Positions 62,270 through 63,473 of a DNA stretch of 63,473 nt are shown here, one piece after another; position 1 is the stretch's first letter, and every line of letters begins with the position of its first letter. The notes below the pieces were generated by a model. That model was not told where the DNA came from, ran no database searches, and saw only the letters and a program-made list of their open reading frames with translations. Both the position numbers and the translations under genes were made by a program. This DNA is from a virus (Duplodnaviria; Caudoviricetes): positions 1 to 63,473 of the IMG/VR virus record IMGVR_UViG_3300049811_000819; one strand, written 5' to 3'.

Positions 62270-63473
62270 TAAGTTCTGTAAAATCTTCTTTCCGAAAACA
62301 GAAAAACTTGTATCCCTTCCACTCAGGGAATTCGGGATCGGTTGATTCAAAGTGATAATAAGTTCCGAGTGCAGTTTTTATCGTTCCAAGGGGTTTACAA
62401 ATATTAAAAATATGCCCGAAAGAAGTCACTTGGTAACGGCGATCAGGATAGCGTGATTCTTGGTACTCTCCGACAAAAATAGGAGCAATAGTCTCTTTTT
62501 CTTTTGGCGACTTGGCTGACTTGCTTTTTCGGCGGTATTGATAGCTAGAAAGTGGGAAAGGAGCTACAGGAGTAAATCGGTCGTCGTCTTTACAGGTAAT
62601 TACTGTTGTTAGTCTGTAGTTGTCTTTGTAATATTTTTCAAGCTTCGATTGGTATCTTTCTATGTCTGCTTTTTTGATACATCGTCTATATTCTTTGTAA
62701 TCTGGAAGCTTCGATGTGTCTCCGCTCAAAAAAACTTCAAAAACTTTGTTAGGACAAGGCAAATCTGGATCAAGAATTTCTTGTTCTTTTGTGTAGTCTT
62801 CTGTTGACCAATCAACAAACTTATAGTGATTCCAATAGCGGGGACGATTTTTCTCCCCAATTCTTTCATTCCACAAGAGTTCTATATCATCAAGACTTAA
62901 AGCGATTAGCTCATCGTCATTTTTCGTAAAAGGAGCATAAAAATAACCGAATTTTCTTTCACATAATAATTTTAGTCGAGCAGTCGCTCTGTTCTCTTTT
63001 TTAAAAAGCCAAATGCAGTCTATCCCTTTTCGATGATAAAACTCAGTTCGAGCAAGGAATTCTCTATCATCCATCCTTGAAAGTTGTACCTCGAAAACAA
63101 TAAGTGGCTTACCAGTTTGATCTGTTAAACAGAGGTCTGCACGGCGTTCATTCCCGAATCTTCTTTCGGGTATTAATTGATTTTCGGAAATTCCTCTTTT
63201 TACCAGTTCTCCTAGCAGAAGAATAACGCACTCGCTATGTTCTGCGGTTGAGCGGAGTCCATAAGTACAGGAAATTTCTCGATCACCGAGATGGGAGAAA
63301 AAAACTCGTTCCCCTTGAGATTTTTTAATACAGAATTTTGATCCACAATCGGGGCAGGAAAAAGTGTGTTCCTTAAACCTATTGATTAATTCTAATCTTG
63401 ACTTGAAATGAAGGGAAACTACCCTGGTAGGCGTTTGATCGGCTTCCCGAACAGCAATACTTGTAAAAGGCAT
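62265..63473 (-). CDS. CoiA-like PD-(D/E)XK nuclease
   Basis: CPDCG...FFSH, EH, RRAD, FEVQLS, RT..Y...GI..IW. Confidence 0.82.
   Translation of the reverse strand: MPFTSIAVREADQTPTRVVSLHFKSRLELINRFKEHTFSCPDCGSKFCIKKSQGERVFFSHLGDREISCTYGLRSTAEHSECVILLLGELVKRGISENQLIPERRFGNERRADLCLTDQTGKPLIVFEVQLSRMDDREFLARTEFYHRKGIDCIWLFKKENRATARLKLLCERKFGYFYAPFTKNDDELIALSLDDIELLWNERIGEKNRPRYWNHYKFVDWSTEDYTKEQEILDPDLPCPNKVFEVFLSGDTSKLPDYKEYRRCIKKADIERYQSKLEKYYKDNYRLTTVITCKDDDRFTPVAPFPLSSYQYRRKSKSAKSPKEKETIAPIFVGEYQESRYPDRRYQVTSFGHIFNICKPLGTIKTALGTYYHFESTDPEFPEWKGYKFFCFRKEDFTELT

Larger units (their letters stand above)
1..63473. mobile_element. Cyanobacterial prophage, siphovirus-like with a GTA-type tail tip; boundaries not visible
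   Basis: Integrase, terminase, portal, capsid, tail, tape measure and endolysin genes; nblA; frequent HIP1 octamers (e.g. 4811, 28941, 34110, 35053). Confidence 0.95.

Overview
The whole window is a temperate, siphovirus-like prophage of a cyanobacterium. It carries nblA and many HIP1 GCGATCGC octamers; a freshwater Chroococcales-type host is an inference. It runs from a tyrosine integrase to a CoiA-like nuclease, with no clear CI repressor, primase or att site visible. Head, tail, terminase and lysis genes are present but the order is scrambled and interleaved with small early cassettes. The main points of interest are: (1) a 4583-aa tape measure protein carrying about 2700 aa of internal cargo (alpha/beta-hydrolase, protein-kinase-like, GNAT-like and NAGPA-like domains); (2) six Rha/Bro-N antirepressor-family genes, five of them behind a shared promoter and a two-hairpin leader with compensatory base changes; (3) six sigma70 promoters whose -35 box lies inside a CTTGA-N4-TCAAG palindrome; (4) three homologous non-coding elements with fixed TAACA/TGTTA spacing; (5) a circularly permuted C5 methyltransferase, a J-domain inserted in a helicase, a stand-alone EAL domain, a tRNA-like mini-RNA and an unannotated secreted peptide gene. 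All calls come from motif recognition by eye, with no database searches.
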